Positions 11,079-24,383 of a stretch of 64,000 nucleotides of DNA are shown piece by piece; the first letter of the stretch is position 1, and each line of letters begins with the position of its first letter. The notes beneath the pieces are model-generated. The model did no database searches, was not told the origin of the DNA, and was given only the letters and a program-made list of their open reading frames with translations. Location: positions 930,001 to 994,000 of the forward strand of contig JBLDXI010000029.1 in NCBI GenBank assembly GCA_047495785.1. The letters run 5' to 3'. The translations under genes were made by a program, and so were the position numbers. The stretch is from Lepidodermella squamata (Eukaryota > Animalia > Gastrotricha).

Positions 11079-11615
11079 TTACATTTTATTCAACTTGTTA
11101 CGAACTGTAGCAGTAAATTTAGTGAAAGCTTCGTTGTTTTTGAGAGTCAGTCCGAACTCAGGAGAAAGTAAAGTAGTCATATTAGCCAGTACCTTGACTG
11201 CAGCAAACAGAGCTACACGCCCAGTCTCATCGCCAGCTGCCCACATGTGTCTCATCAGCCTTGTTTGAAACATCTCGTAAGACTCAGCGTCCGGGAGGCA
11301 GTCTTCAAACGTTGCAGCCGAGGCCAAGCCCTTACTTGGATGAGTAATCGTGGCTAGAGCGATGAGAACATTCGCAGTGTTTCGCAAATCAGCCATCGGG
11401 GTAGAAACAGGTTCCAGGATTCTTCTTACGAGAACGAAAACCAAATTCAAAGCAGCGTTGGAGTTTCTCAAACTTGTGCGGTCCACAGGGTCGTCGACGA
11501 CCTTGGCCAGTGCCAGAGCTATAGCTCTCATCACATTGTTATGAGCGTCCAACACAGCTGGATCGCATCGCTTGGAACTCTGCTTACAAACCGCTTCTGT
11601 GAAAAGTGCGATCAA
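11079..11615 (-). CDS. Unidentified helical ORF fragment (no initiating ATG at its 5' end; probably a gene or TE remnant)
   Basis: 178 open codons with amphipathic Ala/Leu-rich composition and no recognised motif. Its 5' end overlaps the MULE ORF on the opposite strand. Confidence 0.3.
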   Translation of the reverse strand: MIALFTEAVCKQSSKRCDPAVLDAHNNVMRAIALALAKVVDDPVDRTSLRNSNAALNLVFVLVRRILEPVSTPMADLRNTANVLIALATITHPSKGLASAATFEDCLPDAESYEMFQTRLMRHMWAAGDETGRVALFAAVKVLANMTTLLSPEFGLTLKNNEAFTKFTATVRNKLNKM

Positions 11616-13520
11616 TGTGTTAAGGTGTTATCATATGTGGCGGTTGATCAAGTCTTGGAAACTGTTGCTGAAGATACAGAGCAGCCAAAAACGCCGAGTT
11701 CGCCACAGGTCGTTAACTTAACTACAACGCCGGCTTTTTTCGGTCATGCCGCGGCCGGCCTCATTCCTGCTACACCTTCGCTCAGCGCCATTGATATGAC
11801 GAAAGCCATAGCAGAGGCAGCACAGCTTGTTTTCGATCGAATTTCGCAACAGCAGCAGCAGCAACAACAGCAAAACCTTCAGCAGCCGCAACAGCTCGTG
11901 CAATTACCGGAAATAGAAGTCGATGCCGAAGCTTTTGACGCTATCGATGAAGTCGAAGTCGAACTCGAAGTCGAAGTGCAGAATGAGACCAGGCAAGAGG
12001 TTCGAATTAGCATGAGCTCAACCACAAAGGGCAAGCCAATGCTGGTTGGTGATGATGGCCATTCTTATCGAGACAACTTGCGGTGTACACGAAAATGCAA
12101 CGGAACAGTCGTCAAAGTCGGTGATAAGTACTACCGCGGAAGTGAGTCGATAAATAACCCGAACAAAAAAAAGTTTATCAAATGCGAGTTTTCTCGTATT
12201 TTTTTTAGATGATTTCTGAGTAGGGTTTTTTGGGATTTAATTTGAAATTAGCGTAACAAGTCGAGAAAGTGAAAATATCGTAAAGTGCTAGAAATATCGT
12301 AAAATGATTCAATTAATTGATTAATTAATTAATAAAAAATGTGCCTCTGCGGTGGGGGTTGAACCATCGAACATTGATGCACCAGCCCAACTACGCCACC
12401 AGCGATCACATAAATGTTGTTGTTTTTATTGGTTTATAAATAACTTGCACTTTGGACTTGGTTGTTTTTGCGACGCCAAGTCCATATTTCATTTTCGAGA
12501 TTTCTTGACATTGCAAAAAATCTCGACATTTTTACGCTAATTTCAAATTAAATCCTAAAGAACTCCAAAACAGCAATTAAAATCACAGGGTCGATATCAG
12601 TCGAAAAAAACGCCACTCTATGAATGGCAGAAAAAGTCGTATTTTGTTCGTGATATCACTGTGCAATTTTTTCATGATAATCAACGTCGCAAAAAACTGG
12701 CACGCGCCGTCTACTTTTTTAGGCATTTCTCGCACTATGACAGAAATACTCCAATAACAGCAATAAAACCTCAAAATGACTGAATGAATCATCGTTGGCG
12801 ATGAAAAAAATAGCCACAAAACCCGTAACAAATAATGCGAATCCAAAAAACTCTTAAACAGTGTGCACTTTTTTGTTCGGGAATTGTTAATTGAAAATTT
12901 AATTTAATTAAAAAGTCACAAAATTATTATTATAAAAAAATATTAAATTTCAAGTTAAATAAATTAAAAATTAAAAAATTAAAAAATTAAATAAATTAAA
13001 AATTAAAAAATTCTTGAAATTGAAAATAATTGAAAATTGAAATTTCAGATTCACATAGCCATGACCGTCGTGATGCAGTGATCCGTAAGCGAGTCGTTCA
13101 AGCTGGGTTGAAGCAAGAATCAGCTGCCAAAGTGAACCAGCCTGTACCCGAGCTGTTCAAAGCTGCCAAGGGAAATCTGGCTAATACGGACCCCGAGGTA
13201 GCTGCGACCTTTCCGTCATTCGAGTCGATGAGCAAATCTCTCTACAAGGCACGCCGGGCAGTATATCCCAAGCAGCCGAAAACGTTGGATGAGCTGAAAG
13301 AAACATGGACGGCGGCTGAGTCTGATGTTAATCACCCTGCTCGAAAGTATTTGTTGTCTCAAGTTAACGCTATGTTTTTACGCTCGCTTATTACGATCGG
13401 AGTTATCGGGTCTTTTTGCCTTTTCGCGACCGACGAAATGTTTGGATTACTCGCGTCGAATGATCGCTGGTTCATGGACGGAACTTTTTCCATAGTTCCC
13501 GATATTTTCTTCCGCATGTC
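11541..13520 (+). mobile_element. Truncated Mutator-like (MULE) transposase gene with a FLYWCH-type zinc finger
   Basis: STTKGKPMLVGDDGHSY...RCTRKCNG...YYRG|NSHSHD, spliced via GTGAGT at 12141 and TTTCAG at 13048. This leads to WFMDGTFSIVP (first catalytic Asp of the MULE DDE domain); the rest of the domain is absent. Confidence 0.8.
12158..12881. mobile_element. Non-autonomous TIR element nested in the MULE intron
   Basis: Terminal inverted repeat CCCGAACAAAAAAAAGT / ACTTTTTTGTTCGGG, plus an inner inverted pair GGATTTAATTTGAAATTAGCGTAA (approx. 12233) / TTACGCTAATTTCAAATTAAATCC (approx. 12532). Confidence 0.65.
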
Positions 13521-14246
13521 TGTCGAGGGTGATGGTTCGACTCCCGGATGCAACATTTTTATTTGCTTTTTTTTTACTTTATTTTTGATTGATTTATTAA
13601 TTATTTATTAATAAAATGTTCAAATAATTTTTTTTATATTCCTGGCCCTTCTCCTGACTGTCCCATGTGGTCTCGGAGGACGTTTAAAAGGTTCTCATAA
13701 TTAAATAGACTAATTAAACCAAAAGACCAATTCGCCCCCATGTATGATTTTTTCATGGGGCAATTTGGGCGCAATTACCTGGACATACCTGGACATCGCC
13801 TCGGGTCGCGGTTTTTTTCCTTGTCATCACCAAAGGAAATGGTCGAAGGAAAAAATGTCATCTGAACTCAAAACCTTTCCATTGGTTACAGATAATTCCA
13901 TTCAAATGGGTCGTTTTTACCCGCCTAAACTTACCTGTAAAAACTGGCTTGCCGTGACCTCATTTTGGGACATAACTAGCTGAAAATGTTTACAGTCTGT
14001 TGAAGATTATCTGCACATTCAATTCGATTCATGATGACATCAATTTTCGGCCAAATCGCCCCCAGTGCCCATTTCACCCCAAACGACGGTACTATGCTGT
14101 GTGGGAAAGATTGCCTTTGAGCCTTATTTTCGATAGGCGATAATAGAACATGAGACTTCCTGATGGAAAAGGAAAACTGTAACATTCAAATGAGGAAAAG
14201 TTCATTTTTTTCATTTTGATAATCTGGCGACGGCAAAGGTAGGAAC

Positions 14247-14272
14247 TGTGTGTGTGTGTGTGTGTTGTGTGT
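14247..14272. repeat. (TG)n microsatellite
   Basis: Direct reading: tgtgtgtgtgtgtgtgttgtgtg. Confidence 0.9.
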
Positions 14273-14620
14273 TGGAAAATTATAAGGTGATTTGACGGCT
14301 GCTGTTACTACATTCACGTTGTACCACGTGCATATAATATGGCTGATGATGGTATTTTTGTATACAGCTATATAGCTGCTGTAGAGCATGTCGGAGGCTG
14401 ATACCTATTATACGTAAAACATTCAGTCACCTTGCATCTCATCAGCAGTTGTTCATCTTGTTCATTTTTATTTTTTTCATTTTTAATCAGCCCGGGTTTT
14501 TCTGGGATAGTCCCATTTTATTATTACAAGCGGCCGGTTGAGGGTTCAAGAGGCATAGTGTTCATAGTAGTGCAGAGGCGGAAAGGTCACCAGCCGCCGC
14601 CATTTTTGACTGGAAAATAG

Positions 14621-14634
14621 TTTGAGAACCACTG
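14621..14634 (-). mobile_element. Solo hAT-like terminal inverted repeat (CAGTGGTTCTCAAA)
   Basis: Resembles the CAGTGGTTCTCAA termini of hAT/Charlie elements; partner end not found. Confidence 0.35.
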
Positions 14635-14875
14635 CTTTACGGTCTTCACTTTCGATCATCACGAGTAGTTGTAAAATGCGTGCTGTTGTTACACACGCTT
14701 TTTGAGATTATCGTCGTGCTGTGTGCGATGAACAGCAACTAATTAGCAACTCTTTTTGCGCCACGCACGTGAGTAATGCGCACGCACAACAAAGCATTCA
14801 AAAATTAATAAAAAATGCGCCTTAATAATTTTCAAATTGCAATTTGTCGAAAGCTGATAGGCTCGCGTCAGTGAC

Positions 14876-15727
14876 TCAAAACACAAGAATTCGTCTATAA
14901 AAGGAAGAAAAGGAAGAGCGCCGCGTCAGAGCCGCGGCGCAATTGGAAGAGCAATTGGAAGAAGAAGGGAAGAGAGAGTGGAAGAATAGGGAAGAATAGA
15001 GGGAAGAAAGAGAGGGAAGAGGAAGAAATGGGACGAGGTTAACGCGCCCGACTATGCGCAGGAAACAATGAGCAGAAACTCTATCCATGTCGAAAATTCG
15101 GGGCTGGTTGGTAATCGCGAAGTTACAAACAGTGAGTATAAATGGCTTCGCTAGTGCGCAAGTCGTTGTACTCTCGCGGAGAATATTCCCGACTAAAGCA
15201 GTCATGTGGTTGCTAATTTTGTTATCACTTATGATGGCATTATAATACCCATCGTTATATTCCGGCCATTTGATTGCCAACGTTTTCAGAACTATTGAAG
15301 ACATCTCAGTAATTGATTGCCGCAGCTTGGTAAAAATTTTCGGCGCGTTCCACATTAGAGAAAGTTTACAGAGAAAGTGTCAGTAAAGAAGCTTATGTGG
15401 CAAGAAATACTTAGATATCAAATCGTAACGCTTTCTCTCGAGAAGTTTGGTCACAGTTGAAAAGATCAGCGCCTTGTCGACAGCGGTTGGTATTTCCTTG
15501 GAAAGTGCGCTGTAATCAACTGGCTCAGTCACAATGAAAACGCTGGTTGCAGCGCAAGGCTTGAAATGATTGAGAAACAGCATTCCGTCGAGTTGACCTG
15601 GCCATATGTTCATGTCGATTTTGTCATTGAGGAGAGCCTCGGGATCGAAGCTATCTAAGCAAGCTTGCCATTCTTTGATCGTTTTTTCGTCTGGAACTGG
15701 CCGCGCGGAGGGTTCTTTCTTCGACAT
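14876..15727 (-). pseudogene. Unknown reading frame of approx. 280 codons interrupted by one in-frame TGA (15380-15382)
   Basis: ORFs 15380..15727 and 14876..15355 share a frame and are separated by a single stop. The 3' part runs into a low-complexity pyrimidine tract. Confidence 0.4.
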
Positions 15728-17091
15728 TTCCTTTTGTTCAGGGTGTTTCTCGATTAAAGTCTATGAGTTAAGAAGTGAAGTACTTGAAATTTGAATGCCG
15801 AAAGGCGCTGCGAGGCTATACTAACAAACAAAGAAGTGCTGAAATAAGTAATATGTACATCAAGCTACTCAAGTGAGAAACGAAAAAGCACTGTGCATTG
15901 AAATGAGCGACGTTAAATCTGCGTCTTCTGTCCTAAAATGTGCGTGCACAAAATAAATTTTAGTCTGACCGAAGAAAATTGATGAAATTAAGGAAATGTA
16001 TCAGGGCTATCGTAAACTACTTTAAGCGCTTGTCTGGAACATTACCATCCGCATAAACGTTGCCAACTTTTGCGGCGTAGTCAGTACCCAAATTGAAATA
16101 TGGGGTAAGCGCTACTATTCCACATCTTGTGAGGAATACTATTATTCCTCACAAGTTTCACATTCTATACAGAGCCTTGTGATGGATGACTACTAATCGT
16201 GATTCACAAGCTGCGGTACATCATTCATCCTCGTATACATTACACACGCTTGCGGCTTTGAGCGGTAACAATCGTGCAATATTACGCGTTGAATAATAAA
16301 CATCGGCTACTTTGGTGGACCGTGTTTCTGCCGTATTTTTCAGAAGCTAAAAATTGGCTAAAAATCTCAACTTGTTCAAGCACCTGAAAAAATGCTCATC
16401 AATTTTTGTAATAGGAAAACTAAGACTTGTGGAGGAAATATTTCGTCGTTAGTGCGGCTAAAAGTCCCATCTCCAAAAAAATTTATTTCGAGATAAATCG
16501 AAAAAAAACAGCTTTATTTGCAAAATTTTCACTACAAAATGCCACTGATGTGAAAAATAGGGGTAATCAAACCCGGCGAATCGAATGGCGCCGGCCATTT
16601 TTACCGGTGACGCATCGTTATTGCACAATTAGGTGGATTTTTTTTCATTTTTTGTTCGTGTTTTTTAAGGTTATGGTTCGAGTCCTTGCGAAAGCATTCA
16701 TTTTTGGCCGATTTTTGCCGACTTATTTTCACTTGGCATCGAATACCGCACTGAGTCATCGCCATTTTTTGTCGTGATCGAATAATTTTTGTGATGCACA
16801 TAGCACCATAATTTTTGTGCCCTATTCGAACTCATGCTTCTGGTGGAAAAAGGATGACCTGGAAAAAAATCCACGAATGTGGAGATGGGAATTTTGATCC
16901 CTGGCGAATTTTGAAATGCGGTTTTCATATTATTGACCAGCGTGAAAAACTGAGTTAGGAACTGGAAAAACCCCATTTCGATTTTTGATTTTTGATGGAG
17001 ATTGGAGATAGGAGATGGAGATCCATGTCAGTTACATCAATGCAATAATCCGCTGCTGGCTTTTACCTTGCTATTTAAATTCTTGCTTATA

Positions 17092-17525
17092 CCGTATTTC
17101 ATCGATTAATAGCCTCCCTCGAATAAAAGCCCCCTCGAATAATTGCCCGAAATTTTCGGCTATTTTGAGCATTAAAAGGTAAATAATAGCCCCCCTCGAA
17201 TAATAGCCACGACATGCTTTGTCCGAAGCATGTAGCGCGCTGGAGGAGAGAAAAAGCTGTCCTACTAGCGTCGCCTTACATTGCTAAGCGGATTAAAGGT
17301 GATGGACATAGGCCGTTGTTTGTGGATTTCGAGGATTAATTAGCGCGGGGTTCAGAAAACAGAGAATTCAACAGTGCAAACAACTTGCGATGATGAAATT
17401 TGCCGATTGCCGATAATTAATAGCCCCCCTCAAATAATAGCCCCCTCGAATAATTGCTTTTTTTTGGACCATTTTCGGTGTTTCGGAAAAATTAGTAGCC
17501 ATGGCTATTATTTGATGAAATACGG
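17092..17525. mobile_element. Tc1/mariner-superfamily MITE (434 bp)
   Basis: TIRs CCGTATTTCATCGATTAATAGCC / GGCTATTATTTGATGAAATACGG flanked by TA duplications (17090-17091, 17526-17527). Internal subterminal repeats AATAGCCCCCTCGAATA. Confidence 0.88.
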
Positions 17526-17699
17526 TATATGATAGAAAGAGAGGATTCATTAGACACTATAGAATACAAAAAGCGTAACCACTGAAAAATGCACTTTTCT
17601 CTTTATTAAAGATCTCATAGTTGCACAGCATCACCACCTCATACAACCTCAATTAAATGATTGAAATAAGCTTCAACAAAAAATTCATCAGGTTTTTCA

Positions 17700-20600
17700 T
17701 CACCGCCTGCCGCCTCGGTGTTTACCACCCCGCTGGCCTTTCTTATCGTGCCGCTTTTGTTGCGGCACCGCATCGCCAGAGCCCTGCGCAGCATCGACGC
17801 TACCGTCCAACTTGCGCTTGTTCATAATCGGCTTCGTTTTCACGGTCAACAGCCCACCAGACACTTTGGCGCCACCCTCCTTTAACAACGCCGCAGTCCC
17901 CTCGGCAGTCGCTTCCGCCCACTCTTCATCAGTACCCCGAATCGCGTACTGCTGTAAAGCTTTCATGTCAAAAGTCGGTTTCTTCTGGGTTGCCTCAGCG
18001 GTTTCTTCGGCATCCATTTTCTCTTCAGCCTGAGCAGTTTTCTTGGCCGATTTCTGCGCCTCAGCGGTCCGACTTACCGCCGACTTTTTTGCTTCTACCC
18101 GGTTTTCCAGTCCAGCCTCGATAGCTGTCAACAACTTACGAACACTTCGAGTGAGTAGTGCCAAGACCTGGGTGACTGGTAACGGATCTGCGGGCGGCGG
18201 TGGCGACAGGGCATGCGCGACGTTATCAATCGTTTTCCTCTGAATACCCAACCCGACTAAAATCGCAGCCTGGAGTCGCGAAACTGTCGTTTTACCGCCA
18301 TCAATCAACCCAAGGAAGTACAGCCACGTCAAATTTGGCATCAAATCCGCGACCAAATGGTGATCGACCTGGTTTGAGGCGTACGCGCTCAGACGGCGTA
18401 GGTCATGCGGGGAAAGCATGACATCGACTGAATTGATATCGATCTCGCTCGGGTTGCCAGCGACGTTGGTAACGCATTCGATCAAATCAAGAGCGAGGAG
18501 GGGTGGGAAGGATTCGGCGAAGGATAAACCGAGTAGGGCTAACAACCGTCGCCTGAAATCAACGCAATAAGCGACTAGCCAAGACGGCGGGGTGTTATCG
18601 TCGCTGTCTTCGCTAGGCAAAGACTTGAGCATGATGCAAGAATGTTCTCCGGTCACATCCGAAGCAGTTTGGCGGAGGTAGAGCGGGACAAAACCAGCTT
18701 TTCGCCAAAATTTGAATAACTGACCGTCAGATCCTAAGCCGTAGCTAACTGATAGGTAGTTGATAGGACCCTCCGGGCGTCGCTCCGTCAGTCGAGATAG
18801 CAGAGGTGGGATTTTCGAGTCGTGGCCATTAGCGGGTGAGTCATCGCTGGGAATGTACATTTTGCCGGCGTAGTACTCACCCAGAAGGCGGATAGCTCGA
18901 GAGCCGTAGCCCATGCGCCCGAAATCCGGGTTAGTCGCAATGCGGACGATTCGCGCGCCTGATAGAGATGTGGCGAAATTTGTGTCTTGGTACTGCTGCG
19001 ACAGCGTCCATGGCACGAGATCGCCGGCTGGTCGTTTGCCTCGAGCCAGGCTTTGCATGACAGCTTGCTTCGAAACTCGCCCTTCCAAAGCGACCTAAAA
19101 GGTGAAAAACACGATTAGAAAACATTCCAATGCAGTAGTTAGTAGCGCAACGATATTTCAAGCTTTCAACTGTTTGCATTCGATTCACGGATTTTCCCAA
19201 ATAAAAATTACTATAGCGTAAGAGAGCAATTAACCAAGGAATTCGAACAATTTCATGGCCGAAATATCATAGATTGTCAGACCTTTTTGGGCATTTTCAA
19301 GCGGAAAATAGGCTTGGAAATCGTTGAAAATTGCAAGAGACTTGGAAAAAAATTTCACTGGGACCACTTACAGATGTTCTTTGGGTGTTTAACACTTTTC
19401 TCAGTCAAGTGACTCGACTTTTCTCCTTTTAACATGAAAGCGAATTGCTCACCTGAATAACGCAGAGCACATCGGGTAGTTCAGCACTGCCAACGCCTTC
19501 AGGCAAAGGAGCCAGCAGCACGAAAATGTGATGAGCCGGCGCGTCTGCCAGCAACTGCATGTCATTCGGCGAATTTTTGTAATGCGCCGCAACGTAGAGC
19601 GACCAGACGCGGCTGAGGAACTTCTCGGCGCCGCGGTGGTACGAAAACAACGCATCACGGTTGACGTAGAACAGTTCGCAGGCGTCTGGAGGCGGGCAGA
19701 TTGATTTTGTAGACAACGCTGGGTTGTTGTCGACCTCGATTTCAGTCACGTCGAGGCACAAAAACCGAGTTAGCCACTTTTCGACCGGATCGTCGTTGCC
19801 ATAACGAATCGGCTCGTTCAATGCTAATTCATGCAATCGCCGCTGGCTAGAAACGGGAAATAAGCAAAATAGTTTATTGGAAGTTTTACATCATGATGAT
19901 CTCCTGTTTGGTACCAAATTTTGGTAAAATCGAAATCTTTCAATTGGATGACTTGGACTTATCATCTCAAATCAGCTATCAAATTCTCGTAAATTTTGAG
20001 ATAGTATTCCGTGTTTAACCAATTTTGAGTTTCAGCTTGATCGGTGCTTCACTGATGAAGAATTTTTGTTGATTCTAGTGAAAATGGACTGTATGAATAA
20101 ATTCAACTTGGCTGTCGAAGGGACTGGAACCTTAAGGAAAGGTTCAGATGATTATTATACAGATCTTCCAAATGGATCAATCAAAAATTAGCATTTTCAA
20201 TTGCCAAAACGATAAGACCAGTGTTACCCCTCATGGTTTTAAATATAAAGTTATCCAAATTTACGATGAGCGGAACCTCATTCGAAATGTGTCAAATTTT
20301 GATTTCCAATTAATTCTAAGAATTCGGGGTAATGTATGATTTCTTAGGTAAACGCTACGTCTTGCACAGAATTTTACGCTTAATTTCAAAATAATTTATT
20401 TAGAATTACGATAGCCTACAATAACATCTTTGGAAGTTCTGAAAAGTGGTTTCAGGCTCAAAAAATATTCTGAAACTTGGTACCGCAACAGAATTAGGTT
20501 CCGTTAACAAGAGAACTAATTCGAAAATATCTCGCACGCGCTTGAACTAATTTGAGCCCCAAGCTTGGGTTCGAATAATACAAAAATAGAATATAAGATA

Positions 20601-23600
20601 TAAGAATCAAGTTCCCAGTTTCAATACACCTCATACTCATATTGAAATTCAAGTTGAATCATATTGTTGCTGTTTTCCGAAATTTTCAAGTATAACAGAT
20701 AAATTTACCTAGGCGTGACTTTTTTATCTGCCGCACTCGACACCGGACTGCTAGAAGTTCGAAGCTGCTGTATCAGCTTGATCGACAACGACCGGCCAGT
20801 TCCTTCGTAACCGCTAATAGTCGACGCCATAAACGTCAACGGCGCACTAGACAACAACGCCCTGACCTTAGGCAGCGGAATAGCCGCAGCCTCGTCGATC
20901 AAAATCAAGTCAAACGCACTGCTACCGGCTGGAGCGACGCCGAAACGCTGGCTGGGCGAGGCGACCTGCCGCAACGCATCATCTGGCGTCATGAAAACGA
21001 TGTTCTGACGACGCCGATCGCGATGAATCGCAATTCGGACGACGGCTTTACTCGAGGCTGAGTTATCGCCAGAACCGCCTGACGTCGAAACAGCGACTAT
21101 ATTGCCACTAACCACGTCGAAATCGATGTGGCGCTCGTAGTTGAGTGAAACCAGCCCCTTTTGCACGAAATCGAACAGTGTTCGAACGTTTTCAACGGCC
21201 GGCGATGTGACGAGGATGTTGGAATAGCCGAGTGAGACTGCGGCGGAAATTGCGAGGCCGAGCGAAGCTGACTTGCCGCGGCCTCGCCCGGCGGTTAGCG
21301 AGACAACTACGCTGCTTGAGGTTGAGGTAGGCGCGTCTGCGAGCACGTCAATGCATCGCAGGGTTGCTTTTGCTTGGTCGAGGGTGACGCATTGCGCGGC
21401 GAGGGCTGCGGCTGGCTGCGAGCCGGCGAGTGCGTTTTTCAGGTCGACGAGTTGCGGGTCGGTGCTGCCGCCTAATTTGAGCGGGGCGGGCACTGGTTCG
21501 ACTTTTTCGCTGCCGTGGCCGAAAATCGGTAGAACATTTAGCTAAATAAAAGAAAATTGACTTGATTAATATAAATCATTGCTAATATTCGTATTAATAG
21601 GCTTCAAAATTGACTTATTGCGATTTGTTTCCGTATGTACGGAATAAGAACGCAAGGATTTTCGCAAAAATTTACGGAAAAACCTGACGTGCGGCAACGA
21701 TGAAAAACTCACAAAAAGACGCAAGGCTACACAATCTTTCAAATTTTTTTTAAACTATACTTTAAAAAATATAATCGGAAGCAGAAGCAACAGTGCTCTA
21801 AGTGTAACCTCCATGTTTGTAATGAACACTCAGTTAAGATGACTATTTGTGACTGCACCTGAACTGAAGAGCACCTATCTTCCATGCCCTCTTAACGATA
21901 AGCTCGATAAGAATATAATATGCCAATCGCCTAGAGTTCCTCACGATAAATTTTGTGCCTCGAAATAATTTCGGGTTAAAAATAATTGAAAACTCGTGTT
22001 CGAAGAATTTCTTGCAGAAGACGGCGAGAGGAAACCGGTCACGATAAAGATCACGACGACAAGCGTGGGTCGTGAGATAATTATGAAATCAAAGGTCAAT
22101 TTTTCTACATGTTCCCTCTTTTTCTTGCTCTTAATACGTAGAACCATGAAGCAATTGCCTCGTGGTTTGTAGCTTACATCGGCGTTCAACCATTTGTGCT
22201 GGAAGTTGATGGGGCCGAGAAACAATTTGACAATTCGACGGCTAAGTTATCAGGCTTGAAAAAATATTAGTATCCGCGATGGAAATGTTGGAAAAAGGCA
22301 CGGCTTCAGCTTCAAAATCACCGTTGGTTGGCACTATTAAGCGATCTAGTTCCGGAGATCGAAAGTCTATCTTAGCTAAGGAGTCATGTGTAAGGATATC
22401 TACCGAATTCGACAGCACGAACGGCGAAGCATCAACTGGGGAGCCTGACAACAAACGTAGAGATAACAAATATTCGCCCGAAGATGAAGCGAAGTTGAAA
22501 AAAGGGCAGGAAATTCCATTATTACGAATTGGCTATGGCAACAGGTTTTCATGCTCACATGGGGATGGAGATCGAGAAAGACGTGGTACAGCGAACATCC
22601 AGAGGCGAACTGGAATGCGGCCGGATCGAAACCGCCAGTGGTCACCGATTAGTCCGATATGGAAGAGGTCGATTTGACAACAAATGCGAAAACGTAAAAT
22701 GCTCCGGAAAAGTGAATTTGACGTTAATTGGCGCTCCTGAATTCTACAGTTTCAATCATTTTTGAGAATTTTTATGCTGGATTTTATTTCCTTAAGATGA
22801 GATTTTACGAACTTTTTATGACGAAATTTGATCAAAAATTATTCAATTTCTGAAATAAAATTTGAAACCAGAATTTTACGGAAAAGATGAAGAGAAAACA
22901 AAGTTTTTTGTGTAAAAAGTTCGGAAAACGGCAAACGGCATACTGCAAATTTTCACGCCATAACATTCGAAATAGGCTCAAATAGTTGAGTTCCCGGTCC
23001 TTAAGGCAATATTTTTGCCAACATTTTATCGTGGTGATTTAGTTTTTTTCTGGCTTTCACCTCAATTTTGATAACGCGAAAACACTGTTTCTAATGCAAA
23101 TTTTCTTCATTTTTTCAAGGAATTCCAAGTATTTCTTGAGCTCACGGAGAGAAAATTGCGTACCTGATCGTCAAGAACGAGACAATTTTTGCAGTCTCCT
23201 AGCGACAGAAGAAATCGTTTATTGAACCGTGACGTCATCGACCGATCCGCTTCGTCCTCATCTTCCTCGCCATCTCCTTCCTCATTTTCATCCTCATTTC
23301 CTTCATCACTTTTTTGCTTCTTCGCTTTTTTCGCGTCTTTACCAGCCGCAGCTCCAGCAACTCGATTCGAAAGCTGTTGCAGTTGTTCAAGGCCTTCATT
23401 GAGCAAAACTACCACGATACCACCGCCTTCAACTGTTTCAACAGTTCTCGCCAAAATATTTGGCGTCAGAGCCTCGAAGTCTTGCAAAACACACATGCCA
23501 AATGTGTTGCCGAGAATTCGATTTGTTTCAGCGTAGTAGCAATAACGAATATCCGTTGTTGTTATAAACATCTGGAAAGGATCTTCTTTCTCACTCGGGT

Positions 23601-23965
23601 CAAATTGTCCAGCTCGCATTTTCCGCTTCAATTTTTTCATAGCTTTTTGCCGGTGGCTGGTTTAGAAGGAAAATTATGAGAAATTCGAGGAAAAGTAATA
23701 GGCTAATGAAACCTTGTGAAGCCTAGCTCCTTCTTATAGCACCATAAAACTGAAGGTCGAGCTTTGAGCTGAGCTTTTGATAAAATGTGGTGCAAAATTA
23801 CGACCTGAAAATATCGGAATTACTTTTCTGAGTTCAATTTTCAACGAAAAAACACACTTGATCACGAGCCCGCTCTCCGACCAGCAAAAACACTGACCTG
23901 TGTCGCTTAGCTACGGCATTTTCAATAACCGACCGTATTCGGTTGTCAATTTTTTTCAACACCAT
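17700..23965 (-). CDS. NAT10: RNA cytidine acetyltransferase NAT10/Kre33, about 6 exons (approx. 23965-23858, 23804-23712, 23658-23164, 21541-20708, 19847-19453, 19094-17700)
   Basis: MVLKKIDNRIR start, VLQDFEALTPNILARTVETVEGGG, TAGRGRGKSASLG, IDEAAAIPLP, GYEGTGRSLS, HYKNSPNDMQL, SGARIVRIATNPDFGRMGYG. Confidence 0.96.
21990..22765 (+). pseudogene. Degenerate coding-like sequence nested antisense in a NAT10 intron
   Basis: GC-richer segment with overlapping ORFs (22279..22677, 22529..22765) and a GT...AG mini-intron (approx. 22094-22141). Frames are not contiguous and no motif was recognised. Confidence 0.3.
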
Positions 23966-24383
23966 CTTTCTATCAATAATTGAAAAAATTCACGTTTATC
24001 GTCAATTTTTTTATGATTCAAAAATTTATCGTGCGATCAACAAAATTCTTAAAAAGCGGGCAAGTCAGTCATATTATTGTTTCATTTCATTTAAGCGCAA
24101 AAGGAAAAACTAAGCGTGAGAAAGATCATTGGCGTTGAGAGCAGAATGAAGGCTATTTCATCAAGTGGCAAATATTCACTCGACAAAACCTTGCAGCAAC
24201 AGTTATTTCGACTAAAAATTAAGAAATTTCATACCTTCGTCACAAAAAATGGTTGTGTAAACATTCATTATTTACTTTGACGAGGCCTGGTCTGACGCTC
24301 GAAAAATTCTTTGAGAAAGACTATAACAAAGCTATAAAATTGCTGCGGTATGAGGCGAGTGAATATTTGCCAAATTGAGAAAT

